Source of the DNA: an uncultured Acidimicrobiia bacterium | GTDB lineage: Bacteria > Actinomycetota > Acidimicrobiia > Spongiisociales > ZC4RG35 | Assembly (NCBI GenBank): GCA_963744905.1 | Contig: CAVUUV010000002.1 | Coordinates: forward strand, 261,382-325,381 | DNA length: 64,000 nt | Direction: 5' to 3' | Shown: positions 20,259 to 29,608 of the stretch, piece by piece | Layout: every line of letters begins with the position of its first letter | How positions within the stretch are numbered: the stretch's first letter is position 1 | Made by a program: the position numbers and the translations under genes | Notes under the pieces: generated by a model | What the model saw: only the letters and a program-made list of their open reading frames with translations | Told to the model about the DNA's origin: nothing | Databases searched by the model: none

Positions 20259-21742
20259 GGAGAAGCATCCTCACCATCCTGGCTTTCGCCGGTAAGGAGA
20301 TTCGCCAGGTCCTTCGTCAGCCGAAGCTGATGATGGCACTGATCGCCGGACCCTTCGTGATCCTCGGTCTCTTCGCAGTGGGGTTCCAGGCCAACCCTCC
20401 CCCACTGAAGACGATGCTCGTCGTGCCCAAGGACAGTGCCCTTCCGATCGACATCGAGACCCTCAACGAACAGGTCGGGTCGAGCGTCGACCTGGTCGGG
20501 AGCACTGAGAACGAGACGGCGGCCCGCCAGGACCTCCGCAACGGGCAGGTGGATCTGGTAGTCATCACCCCCAAGGATCTGACCTCGGCTTTCCAGAAGA
20601 ACGAACAGGCGCAGGTCACCGTTCTCAACAACCAGCTCGACCCCTTCGTCCGCGCCACCATCGACGTGGCCGCCCGTCAGGCCGTGAGCCATCTCAACCG
20701 CATGATCCTGGCCGATGCCATCGCCGCCGTCCAGGAACGGACGAATCCCGTTAGCGATGCCCTGCCGGCTGCCGAGTCGGCAGCCTCCGATCTGGCACAG
20801 GCCCTGCGGGAGGGAGACCAGGCAGCCGCCACCGAATCGAAGCTCCGTGCCCAGAGCGCCATGAGCGACCTACTCGACCAGATGAACGGGGCTTCGGGAG
20901 CCCTCAGCGGGATCGACAGCATGGCTCCCGGATGGACCGAGAATCCCACCGACGTCTTACACCAATCCAATGACGCAATCGAGCAAGTCGACACAAACGA
21001 TCCGGGTGCTGCCAACGATGCCCAGCTGGTGGCTGACCACCTTGCCCAGCTCGAAACCGACCTGGAGACATTTCGCCAGGCTTCCCCCGACGTACTCGTC
21101 CAGCCCTTCGTCGCCGACACAGAATCCACTACTCCTGTAGACATCCCCCTCACCGACTACTACTCCCCGGCGGTAGTGGTGGTGCTGCTCCAGCACGTGG
21201 TTCTCACTTTCGCCGCCCTGTCAGTTGTCGGCGAGCGCTCTGTTGGAGCCACCGAGCTGTTCCGGGTGGGCCCGGTCCGGCCGATCGAACTGCTGGTAGG
21301 AAAGTTCCTGGGCTATGCCGGCATGGGCATAGTCACAGGCGCCATTTTGATCGCTTTGGTGGTCTTCGGCTTCGGCACTCCGATGGCCGGCTCGTGGTTG
21401 TGGCTGGCGGGGGTGCTGCTGCTGACGATGTGCGCCTCGCTCGGCCTTGGGTTCGTCATCGCCGCCGCGGCCCGCTCCGAGCTGCAGGCGGTGCAGTACG
21501 CGATGCTCGCCTTGCTGTTCACCATCTTCTTCAGCGGTCTGATCGTCTCACTGAGCAGGCTGGCCAGGGGAGTCCACCAACTCGCTTTCCTGGCTCCGGC
21601 CACAGCCGGCACGGCGGCCATCCAAGACGTCATGTTCCGTGGACGGACACCTCAGCCGTACCTGGTCTTCATCCTGGTCGGGTACGCCCTCGTGACGCTC
21701 CTCGCCGCCTGGTTGTGGCTGAGGCGTCAGGAAGTGGCCTGA
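20255..21742 (+). CDS. ABC-2 family transporter permease
   Basis: ATGA overlap with the ATPase gene. N-terminal TM, large extracytoplasmic domain and a C-terminal cluster of about 5 TM helices. Confidence 0.7.
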   Translation: MRRSILTILAFAGKEIRQVLRQPKLMMALIAGPFVILGLFAVGFQANPPPLKTMLVVPKDSALPIDIETLNEQVGSSVDLVGSTENETAARQDLRNGQVDLVVITPKDLTSAFQKNEQAQVTVLNNQLDPFVRATIDVAARQAVSHLNRMILADAIAAVQERTNPVSDALPAAESAASDLAQALREGDQAAATESKLRAQSAMSDLLDQMNGASGALSGIDSMAPGWTENPTDVLHQSNDAIEQVDTNDPGAANDAQLVADHLAQLETDLETFRQASPDVLVQPFVADTESTTPVDIPLTDYYSPAVVVVLLQHVVLTFAALSVVGERSVGATELFRVGPVRPIELLVGKFLGYAGMGIVTGAILIALVVFGFGTPMAGSWLWLAGVLLLTMCASLGLGFVIAAAARSELQAVQYAMLALLFTIFFSGLIVSLSRLARGVHQLAFLAPATAGTAAIQDVMFRGRTPQPYLVFILVGYALVTLLAAWLWLRRQEVA

Positions 21743-22257
21743 GCCTCGTCCTTCACGGTCCAGATGATCCAGGATCCTCCGCTTCGTTCGAGGACGAGGA
21801 TCCAGGAGTAGCTGCGGGGCCGCTCGCCCACCCTGGCGAAGGTCACCCGGCCTCTCACCGACCCCGTCGAGCCCTTCACTTCCACATCCGGACTCTGGAT
21901 ATCGACCGAATAGGGGGATCCGGCCGCCGGGGGGCGACCGGCTTCCTCGACGAAGCGAGCGAACTGGGGACCATCCGGGTCGAACCACTGAACCATTTCA
22001 CGGAGATCGCCCGTGACGGCAAACCGACCCCAGGCACGCAGACCGTGGCGAACCACATCGAGAGGTCCGGGCGGATCGGCTGTCGCCGTGGCGATCGAAG
22101 GCGGTTGGGGAACCGGCGATGAAGTGGTCGACGAACCAACGGCAACCGACTGAGAGCGTGGTCGCCAGGTGCGGTCCGGGCCAAACCTCCAGGCACCCAC
22201 GGCTATCACCATCAGAGCGACGATCATGCCTCCGCCCAGGACCCTGGCCGGCCTCAT
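21727..22257 (-). CDS. Hypothetical membrane-anchored protein (first gene downstream of the tad operon)
   Basis: Start MRPARVLGGGMIVALMVIAVGAW (TM). Its ATG overlaps the stop of the upstream tadE-like gene. Confidence 0.4.
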   Translation of the reverse strand: MRPARVLGGGMIVALMVIAVGAWRFGPDRTWRPRSQSVAVGSSTTSSPVPQPPSIATATADPPGPLDVVRHGLRAWGRFAVTGDLREMVQWFDPDGPQFARFVEEAGRPPAAGSPYSVDIQSPDVEVKGSTGSVRGRVTFARVGERPRSYSWILVLERSGGSWIIWTVKDEAQATS

Positions 22258-22670
22258 CAGGGTGAGAGCTGCGGACCGGCGGTGGCGGTGGCCGACACGT
22301 CGATGCCCCCCGGTGCGACCAGCTTCAGCAGAGTCAATTCCACCCGAGCGGTCCCGGTGACTGTGGCAGACGACCCGTCGTCGGCCGTGAGCACCAGGAT
22401 CCGAATCGAGTCGGCTTCGTCCTGAGCGGAGACGGCCCGCGCCACCCGCTCTTCGACCTGTCCCGGGTCCAGGGCCAGGCTTCCGGCGGAGCGCCACAGA
22501 CCCTCATCGATGCCCGAACCGGCCGCAACCGCGGCCGAGTCGACCACGGCCGCCACCAGACGATGCACGGCCAGGGCACGCCACAGGTCCACGGCAATGC
22601 CTCCCACCACCAGCACGACCAGCATCATGCCCATCATCCACAGGGTGATCGAGCCGCGCTCCTCGCTCAC
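22257..22670 (-). CDS. TadE-like pseudopilin (Flp pilus assembly)
   Basis: GTG start at 22670 overlaps the upstream stop (GTGA). N-terminal ERGSITLWMMGMMLVVLVVGGIAVDLWR is a TadE/G-like N-domain. Confidence 0.6.
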   Translation of the reverse strand: MSEERGSITLWMMGMMLVVLVVGGIAVDLWRALAVHRLVAAVVDSAAVAAGSGIDEGLWRSAGSLALDPGQVEERVARAVSAQDEADSIRILVLTADDGSSATVTGTARVELTLLKLVAPGGIDVSATATAGPQLSP

Positions 22671-23101
22671 GGGAGGCTCCGGTAGGCGTCGACGGGCTCT
22701 GAGTGCGAAGCCACGACGGTGAGTCCCCCGACGGGCCCCCACGGGGTCGAGATCAGGGGCACGACGACGCTCACGGTTGCGTTCACCATCGCCCCCCGGA
22801 CCAGCACGCAGTAACCCTGGCCGGCTCCGGCGGGGAGCCAGGGCCCACCACACATGGCCACCCGGACCGAGCCGGGATCGACTCCTCTCCCGACCGCCAT
22901 GTCCGCCACGAGAGCGGAGCCCGCCGCGGCAGGATCAGCCTGGGTGAGGACCGCGGTCCTGGCAGCCTCGGCGGCTGCGGCACGAGCAAAAGCGCGCCCT
23001 TCCAGCCAGGGGCCGAACGACACGACTACCACCAGGGCAGGAATCACCAGCAGGCCTGCGCCGAGCGCCAGCTCCAGGGAAGCCGCTCCCCGCTCCCTCA
23101 C
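22667..23101 (-). CDS. TadE-family protein
   Basis: GTG start at 23101 (GTGA overlap). N-terminal RERGAASLELALGAGLLVIPALVVVV. Confidence 0.65.
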   Translation of the reverse strand: MRERGAASLELALGAGLLVIPALVVVVSFGPWLEGRAFARAAAAEAARTAVLTQADPAAAGSALVADMAVGRGVDPGSVRVAMCGGPWLPAGAGQGYCVLVRGAMVNATVSVVVPLISTPWGPVGGLTVVASHSEPVDAYRSLP

Positions 23102-23505
23102 GGATTGCGCTCCCTGGTGGCGGAGACTTCGAGGTGGAAGGCGAGGCCGGGACCCGGAAGCCACGAAGGGACCGACCCGGAGGCACTAGCCCGCACTGAT
23201 TCGGAGTCCGCGACGCAGGTGGCGGTCAGAGTGTCGCCCACTGCTCCTCCGAGAACCTCTCCCAGCGAATCCGACAGAACCGCCAGGCATTCGGTTTCGC
23301 CGCCGCCCACCACGGCCGCGGCCCGGGCTGCCCGCTCCAATCCGGCGGTGACGGCTCCCCGCGTGTACTGGTAGGCCACCAGTTGGACCAGCCCCACCAC
23401 GAAGACCATGGCCAGGGCGGCGGCCACGACGAACTCGAGAGAAGCGAACCCGGCGTCGTCCGAGGGTCGGTGGATCAGGCGCCCAGAAGCTGGCCGCGGA
23501 TCCAA
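23098..23505 (-). CDS. TadE-like protein
   Basis: N-terminal GFASLEFVVAAALAMVFVVGLVQL. Confidence 0.55.
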   Translation of the reverse strand: MDPRPASGRLIHRPSDDAGFASLEFVVAAALAMVFVVGLVQLVAYQYTRGAVTAGLERAARAAAVVGGGETECLAVLSDSLGEVLGGAVGDTLTATCVADSESVRASASGSVPSWLPGPGLAFHLEVSATRERNP

Positions 23506-23666
23506 TTGACCACGTCGATGCCAAGGGCCTGCAATGCGGCCCAGATAACGACCAGTGCCCCAATGGCCAGGGCGGCGTTCCCCATCAATTCGGCCGTGTT
23601 GAGGCCGCGCTCGTCCTGATCGAGGGTGGCGATGAATCCCATCACTAGGCCCATCAGGTTGTGCAT
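23475..23666 (-). CDS. flp: Flp/Fap-family prepilin
   Basis: 63 aa. Leader ...DQDERG followed by LNTAELMGNAALAIGALVVIW, a Flp-type G/xxxxE processing motif plus hydrophobic helix. Confidence 0.6.
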   Translation of the reverse strand: MHNLMGLVMGFIATLDQDERGLNTAELMGNAALAIGALVVIWAALQALGIDVVNWIRGQLLGA

Positions 23667-23679
23667 GCCGTTCTCCTTT

Positions 23680-24597
23680 CTATCTCCAGCCGGTCAGCAG
23701 ATATGGCAGCGGAGCTGCCACGAACAACAGAAGAGTGGGAGCGAGAAGGGCGATCGTGGGAACGAGCATCGCCGCCCTGCGTCTCGTGGCGGCCCTCTTC
23801 ATCGCCTCGCGTCGCGTCTCGCGGGCATCCTCCGCCAGGGCGAGGAGGCCCTCGGCGAGGTCAACGCCTCGTTCGTCGGCGACCGCCAGCAAGCGGTAGG
23901 TTCTGGCGCACGCAGGCTCCGGGCTCATATCCGCCACATGCTTGAACGCCTCCCCCACGCTCATACCTGCCTTGTGGAGACGGAGCGCTTCTCCCAGTTC
24001 CCGCACCACTTCGCCCCGTCCTCGCCTGACCACATCAGCGACGGCCTGGATCACTCCCCCTCCCGCACGGACCTGTAGGGCCAGCACCTGGTCCACGGTG
24101 TAGATCTCGATCCGCATCAGCGTCACACGCCGTTCGATCGCTCGCTCCACGGCTCCGCGAGTGCGCCCGTATCCGGCCACGCACCCCATCACGACCAGGG
24201 CGACCAGTCCCCGAGTCGACAGGCCAAGGACTGCTCCCAAGCCAGCAGCGGTACCCATGGACACTGCCAGGGTGCGCAGTTGTCGGACGCGATAGGCGGT
24301 GATCCGACCTTCGTCACCGAGTTCTGGAAACAGCCCGCCTTGTCGCAGGCGAAGTGCCAGAGTCGACTCGGCTGAGGGATCGATCCTCCGGGCGACGGCA
24401 CCTGCCACCCCGGCCAGCATCGGTCCGAAGACTCGAACCGGAACCGGCTGCGCCGGCCTCCCGACGGCGGGGCCGGCCGGGAATAGATACGGTCTGACCC
24501 GCCTCCCCAGACGGGGCGTCGGTGGAATGAGCAACCACATCATCCCCGCTACCGCCACCCCCGACAGCAGGGCCACTGCCATTTGGAGCGGGCTCAT
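23680..24597 (-). CDS. tadC: TadC (type II secretion system F-domain inner-membrane protein)
   Basis: T2SS-F-like TM architecture; position in tad locus. Confidence 0.75.
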   Translation of the reverse strand: MSPLQMAVALLSGVAVAGMMWLLIPPTPRLGRRVRPYLFPAGPAVGRPAQPVPVRVFGPMLAGVAGAVARRIDPSAESTLALRLRQGGLFPELGDEGRITAYRVRQLRTLAVSMGTAAGLGAVLGLSTRGLVALVVMGCVAGYGRTRGAVERAIERRVTLMRIEIYTVDQVLALQVRAGGGVIQAVADVVRRGRGEVVRELGEALRLHKAGMSVGEAFKHVADMSPEPACARTYRLLAVADERGVDLAEGLLALAEDARETRREAMKRAATRRRAAMLVPTIALLAPTLLLFVAAPLPYLLTGWR

Positions 24598-25457
24598 GAT
24601 GGCCCTCCGAGAATGCGGGGCTCGTCTGGTTGCTTGCCCAGGCGGCTGACGATCAGCGAACCGCTCAAGGACAGGATCCCACCAAGGACTATCACCGCCA
24701 GGCCCAGGCGAGTGCCGTAGAAGTCGCGAAACGGACCCGGACGGGCGGTCATGGCGATGAGCACCAGCCAGGGAAGGACGAACACCGCCCGGGCATTGAT
24801 CTTGTGCTCCAGGGCGGCGCTGTCGATCTCCTCTGATACCCAGACGTCACGTGCGGTTGCCTCGGCGAGATCACGGAGGATCTCAGGAACGATCCCACCA
24901 CCGCGCCGGTGGGCGACGATCAGCACCTCGATGACACGATCGGTGGTCGGGTCGGCCATTTCGTCACGGATGGCCTCCAGGGCGGGCACCACTCCGAGAC
25001 TCCTCGAGCGAAAAGCGAAACTGGCGAAAGCCTGCCGCAGGGGACCCGGGCCGGATTCAGCCAGATCCTCGATCGCTCGGGGGAGCGAACGGCCCGCCGA
25101 TATCGAAGCCACCAGGTCCCTCAGCCCGTCGGGCCAGGCCTGGCGAACCGCGGCCAGGCGCTTGCGCCTCTGGGCCCCGAAATAGAGGCGCGGAAGCATC
25201 CCGACCAGTACCGCCGGGACTATCGCCACCACCCAGGCCCGGGTGAGCAGAGAAACCAGCAGAAAGGTGAGGAACCCGGCCCCCAATGCCGACGCCCAAA
25301 ACTGGAGGGGAGTTGCCGGCACGCCCGCCTGAGTCAGCCAGGCACCACCGGGTTCAGATCTGTGAGCCGCCCTGGTGGAGCGACGGATCAGTCCGAGAAG
25401 GGAGGCAACGATTCCCCCGGCGGCGATGGCGGAGAGGAAGGGGACCAACAGCCTCAT
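24594..25457 (-). CDS. tadB: TadB (type II secretion system F-domain protein)
   Basis: ATG at 25457 overlaps the tadA stop (ATGA). T2SS-F fold. Confidence 0.75.
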   Translation of the reverse strand: MRLLVPFLSAIAAGGIVASLLGLIRRSTRAAHRSEPGGAWLTQAGVPATPLQFWASALGAGFLTFLLVSLLTRAWVVAIVPAVLVGMLPRLYFGAQRRKRLAAVRQAWPDGLRDLVASISAGRSLPRAIEDLAESGPGPLRQAFASFAFRSRSLGVVPALEAIRDEMADPTTDRVIEVLIVAHRRGGGIVPEILRDLAEATARDVWVSEEIDSAALEHKINARAVFVLPWLVLIAMTARPGPFRDFYGTRLGLAVIVLGGILSLSGSLIVSRLGKQPDEPRILGGPS

Positions 25458-26722
25458 GCCACACCCTCGCTGTGCTGGACCAACCCGCGTAGACCTCCAA
25501 CGCCCGGAGAGGCGCGCTCGATCCGATCGACGAGATGTTGGGGTGGAAGGGCCCCGGTCCACTCCAGAGGCGCCCCGATGTGGTCCCGGCGGAAAATCGG
25601 CTGGGTGGTGAAGTCGTCGCGCAACGACGGGACCACGGCAAGTATCTCCATCACCCGTCGCCGGACCGGACCGCCGGAGGCCGCATCCCGATCGAGATGG
25701 ACTACGAAGTCGAGAGCGGAGGCGAAGACCTTTCTGACTACCCGCTCGGTGACATTTTCACCCGCCATCAGGGCGGCATTGACCAGGGCATCCAGGGCGT
25801 CCGATGCCGAGTTGGCGTGAACCGTGCAGGCGAAACCACACCCGGCGTTGACGGCTCGAGTCAGTTCGAAAGACTCGGCTCCTCGCACCTCACCCACCAC
25901 GATCCGATCCGGCCTCATCGCCAGGACAAGCTTGACCAGGTCCCTGAGGCTGATCTCGCCTCCACCATCCAGTCCCGGTGGACGGGCTTCATAGAAGGAC
26001 CCATGAACCAGGGGGACGTGGAGTTCCCGCACCTCCTCACAGCAGCGCACACAGTGCCCGGCCGGGACTGCGCCGATCAGGGCAGAGAGAAGGGAGGTCT
26101 TGCCGGCGCCCGGCGGGCCCGAGACGACAATCGAAGTGGTTGTTTGCATGCAGGCCCAGAGAAAGCGGGCCGCCCCCGACGACAGAGCCTCCCGTTCCAC
26201 CATGGTGTCGAGGGATTCCCGGCGCAGGGCATAGCGACGAATCGTGGCTGAGAGCCGATCCGCCACGGGAGGGATCACCGCCGTGAGACGGGCGGAGTCG
26301 TCCAGGACCCGGGCCTGGACCATTGGTGCGGAGGCGTCGAGCCGGCGATCGGAATCGGCCAGGAGCCGGTCGAGAACCTGACGATTCTCGCGCTCCGAGG
26401 TGGGCTGATCCAGAGCTCTCAGATTGCCGGCCGCGTCGAGATAGCTGACCCGGCTTCCTTCTATGAACACCTCCTCCAGGTCGGGGCGTTCGAGAAGCTC
26501 GGTGAGGGGACCAAAGGCGGAGACCGAGCGCATGATCCGTTCGGCCATGCCCGAAGGGTCGGCCAGAGCCCGCCCCTGGCCGAGATGGGCACCGCGCTGG
26601 TACTCCTCCACAGCTCCGTCGACCAGAGTCCTGGCCGCCTGACGATCGGTGGCCACGTCGATCCCCCGCTGCTCGACCAGGCTCACCACCCTCCGGCGGA
26701 TGGTCTCGTAGGCGTCACTCAT
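25454..26722 (-). CDS. tadA: TadA/CpaF secretion ATPase
   Basis: Walker A VSGPPGAGKTSLLSAL, Asp box, His box; VirB11-family. Confidence 0.9.
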   Translation of the reverse strand: MSDAYETIRRRVVSLVEQRGIDVATDRQAARTLVDGAVEEYQRGAHLGQGRALADPSGMAERIMRSVSAFGPLTELLERPDLEEVFIEGSRVSYLDAAGNLRALDQPTSERENRQVLDRLLADSDRRLDASAPMVQARVLDDSARLTAVIPPVADRLSATIRRYALRRESLDTMVEREALSSGAARFLWACMQTTTSIVVSGPPGAGKTSLLSALIGAVPAGHCVRCCEEVRELHVPLVHGSFYEARPPGLDGGGEISLRDLVKLVLAMRPDRIVVGEVRGAESFELTRAVNAGCGFACTVHANSASDALDALVNAALMAGENVTERVVRKVFASALDFVVHLDRDAASGGPVRRRVMEILAVVPSLRDDFTTQPIFRRDHIGAPLEWTGALPPQHLVDRIERASPGVGGLRGLVQHSEGVA

Positions 26723-27843
26723 CGAGCCAGGTCCCGCGCCACGCGTCTGAGGGCTTTTCGAAAAGGCCCCCGCTCAACTCGGGTACCGGCCCAGGCCGCC
26801 TCGGCAACCCTCTGATCGTCCGGAACGAAATCAATACGCACACCGGGGAATAGGCGGGTCAATTCCGACACCACTTCAGCTCTGCGGAATCCGGACCGGC
26901 TCATGCGATTGACGAGGATGTGCAAGGGCGCGGAACCGTTGAGAACGGCGGCCTCTTCGATCCAGCGCGCCAGACGGGTAACCCCAACGGGAGTCGGAAG
27001 CCCGACGGCCACGATCAGGTCGGCTGATGCCAGCAGTCGTCGACCTAGCTCGAATCGTCCGGGGCCGAACTGCACTCCTTCGAGACCGGAGCCGATGTTG
27101 ACAACCACCTGGGCGAACACCGAGGCGATCTCGTCGATCACCGCTTCGACCTCACCCGCATGGAGTTGTGCCCAGTCCTCACCCGCTGCCAGGCCTGCCA
27201 GTAGAGCCAGGTCGCCGGTGTCCGTCAGGGCTTGTCTGACATCGCCCGATCGATGGTGAACCAGGTCGATGGCGGTCCGCAGGTTGGGATGCAGGCTCAC
27301 CCCGCGACGTTGGGCCAGGGATGGCACCAGGTCGTCCCCGTCTACCAGGGCCGCTCCCAGAAGCGTGGCGAGTTCCAGGGCGATCTCACTCGCTCCACAC
27401 CCTCCCATCGGGGCGCCGACCACAACAACCTCGCCTCGCCGGGAAGGCAGCGCCGTCGAACGCGGCCCGACGGCGGCGGGAACCAGCCGGCGGGCTGCCC
27501 TTATCACCTCGATGAACTCGTCGGGGGAGGCATCTGCCTCGACGACGTCATCGACACCGCAGTCGAGCAGTCGTCGCTTGGCGTCGGTGCCATCGGCGCC
27601 GTCGAATACCCCCACTATCAGGCGACCCCGGAGCCGAACCTGTTCAACCAGACGCGGTGTCAGGAAGGAGCAGACATCATCGATCAACAGAACGTCATAT
27701 GTCTCCGCGCTTGCCTGTTCGGAGCTCATCACCACGGCCCGAACCCGGGCACCGCCGTGATCGGTCAAGAACCGGTGCAGTCGGCCCGACCAGGCGCGTG
27801 CAGACGCAGCCAACGCCAACTCGATGTCAGTCACCGTCAGCAC
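26719..27843 (-). CDS. TadZ/CpaE-like protein (REC-like N-domain + ParA/MinD-like domain with degenerate Walker A)
   Basis: N-terminal receiver-like fold. P-loop position reads VVVVGAPMGGCGAS, lacking the conserved lysines of KGGxGKT. Confidence 0.65.
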   Translation of the reverse strand: MLTVTDIELALAASARAWSGRLHRFLTDHGGARVRAVVMSSEQASAETYDVLLIDDVCSFLTPRLVEQVRLRGRLIVGVFDGADGTDAKRRLLDCGVDDVVEADASPDEFIEVIRAARRLVPAAVGPRSTALPSRRGEVVVVGAPMGGCGASEIALELATLLGAALVDGDDLVPSLAQRRGVSLHPNLRTAIDLVHHRSGDVRQALTDTGDLALLAGLAAGEDWAQLHAGEVEAVIDEIASVFAQVVVNIGSGLEGVQFGPGRFELGRRLLASADLIVAVGLPTPVGVTRLARWIEEAAVLNGSAPLHILVNRMSRSGFRRAEVVSELTRLFPGVRIDFVPDDQRVAEAAWAGTRVERGPFRKALRRVARDLAR

Positions 27844-28495
27844 CAGTGGTCACGATCACGTCGACCGAGCCATCGTCTATGGCTTCTGCGACCGCCAGCG
27901 CCGCCCCGGCATCCACGCCGATGACAATGTGATCGTGGGTGGTTCCGGTCAGGGCTCCGGTCTCGACGGAGGACACCGATATGACGGGAGCGGCCCGGAC
28001 CACATAACTGGCTATGCCGTCCTGGCCGACATCGACCAGATCGACCCGGTCGCCTACCCGGATCGAACCACCGGCGGCATGGGCCGCCGTCACCGGTATG
28101 GCCATGGCCCGCAGGCCATCGGGAGCAGGCTCGGAGAGCAGGTCCTGGCTGCCGATCAGCTCGCCGGCCTCGAGCCGTCTGCGAGCAACCCGACCATCGA
28201 GGCCGTCGAACGAGGTGAGAAGCCCGGCCATCACGGAGGCGTCACCTCGGACTCGAGCAGTCTCGAGGTCCCCCACGCCCACCGTCTGTCCGGCCTCTAT
28301 TGCATGCGCGGCCACAACTACGGCCGTCGTGTCGTCGTTGGATCGCAGCAATGCGACGTTGGCCACGAAAGCGAGGAGAGCAGCCAGGGCCACGGCGACA
28401 TGACCCAGACTCAGCCTGGGCAGTCGCCGGGCCCTGAACGGCGCCGGCTGCTCCGGCTCCCCCTCATTCCACCCCACGGTCATGATCACTCCCAT
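27827..28495 (-). CDS. cpaB: CpaB/RcpC-like Flp pilus assembly protein (SAF-domain)
   Basis: N-terminal TM LGHVAVALAALLAFVANVALL, then a beta-rich periplasmic domain; first gene of the tad operon. Confidence 0.6.
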   Translation of the reverse strand: MGVIMTVGWNEGEPEQPAPFRARRLPRLSLGHVAVALAALLAFVANVALLRSNDDTTAVVVAAHAIEAGQTVGVGDLETARVRGDASVMAGLLTSFDGLDGRVARRRLEAGELIGSQDLLSEPAPDGLRAMAIPVTAAHAAGGSIRVGDRVDLVDVGQDGIASYVVRAAPVISVSSVETGALTGTTHDHIVIGVDAGAALAVAEAIDDGSVDVIVTTGADGD

Positions 28496-28554
28496 CCCGG
28501 GATGACGACGAACCTACGCTGGGGTTGTGCCGAGTGTCCGGGAACGCGAAATCC

Positions 28555-29080
28555 ATGGGTGAGTTCGATGAGTTGGCCAGAGAGTTGCGTCACCGGGTGG
28601 GTGGCGAGATCCGGGCCGAGGCAGCCGAAGACGAGACCCTGACGGAGCTGGCTCGCCGCCGGCACCTCGATCTGGCCGATGCCGCCCGGGAGGCCATGCA
28701 CCGGGGAGACCGGATCACGATTCAGGCTGGGGGAATCACCCTCGGCGATACCGTCCGCCACGTAGGTGGCGACTACCTGACCGTCGAGGCAGCCCGACCT
28801 CGTGGCCGACGTTCTGCTGGCCAGAGCGACACTCCTCGTCGAGCCCCGCCAACACGGAGGAAGGTCCGGAAAGCCGCCCGCGTGGACGTTTCGGGCGCGT
28901 CTCGCCGAACACGAGCAAAGCCAAAGGCCCGTCGAGGTGGTTCTCGACAACGGGGACAGGATCCGGGGCGTGGTCGAGGTCGTGGCAACCGACCACCTCG
29001 TCATCGCCGATGGGGAGACCGGCTCTCGCCTCATCCCCATTTCCCTGGTTGTGGCCGTGCTCAGTCGGCCTGCGCTCTAG
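28555..29080 (+). CDS. Hypothetical protein, apparently frameshifted near 28790-28800
   Basis: Frame 1 (MGEFDELARELRHRVGGEIRAEAAED...GDYLTVEAA) and frame 2 (DLVADVLLARATLLVEPRQHGG...VEVVATDHLVIADGETGSRLIPISLVVAVL) both look protein-like and are contiguous. No stop separates them. Confidence 0.3.
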
Positions 29081-29300
29081 AGACCTCTTCAGCGGCTTCC
29101 TCGCCCTCCGGGACCACCGGATGAGCGCGGATGAACTCGAAGACCTCGTCCCGGAAGAACTTGAAAGTCCTGCCTCCGGGCAGCTTGTAGGCGGGGAGGC
29201 GACCCTCCCGGGCATATCTCCGGACCATCTGCACGTTCATACCCAGCAAGTCCGCAACTTGGGCCGCATCCAGAATGGGAGGGAGATCCTCATTCGCCAT
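29061..29300 (-). CDS. Excisionase-family helix-turn-helix DNA-binding protein
   Basis: DAAQVADLLGMNVQMVRRYAREGRLPAYKLPGGRTFKFFRDEVFEFI matches the HTH_17/excisionase-type domain. Confidence 0.6.
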   Translation of the reverse strand: MANEDLPPILDAAQVADLLGMNVQMVRRYAREGRLPAYKLPGGRTFKFFRDEVFEFIRAHPVVPEGEEAAEEVSRAQAD

Positions 29301-29608
29301 GTGTCGTCCTCCAATGACTTACATCGCCATCGTATGGGATCGGCACCGCTACGTGAAGGGACTTGTTGCCCTTGTCCGCCGGAAGAGCCGGTCCAGCGGC
29401 CCGAATCCGCCGATCCCGGCTGGTGGCTCAGGTCGGGACACGGGTCGGACCGGTTCCGCCAGTGCCGCATTCCACTGTACCCCGCCCCGTAATTACGCTG
29501 ACGTTTCAACGGCCGGCTGCGCCGCTTGCGTCCTCGTCCTGCGCACCGTCGGCGCCTGCGACTCTCCGCCGAACATGCGACCAATTGCACGACTTAGGCT
29601 GGGAGAGA

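Noticed and set aside
28486-29040. 184-aa minus-strand ORF
   Set aside because: Antisense to the more protein-like plus-strand frames; Ser/Thr/Arg low-complexity.
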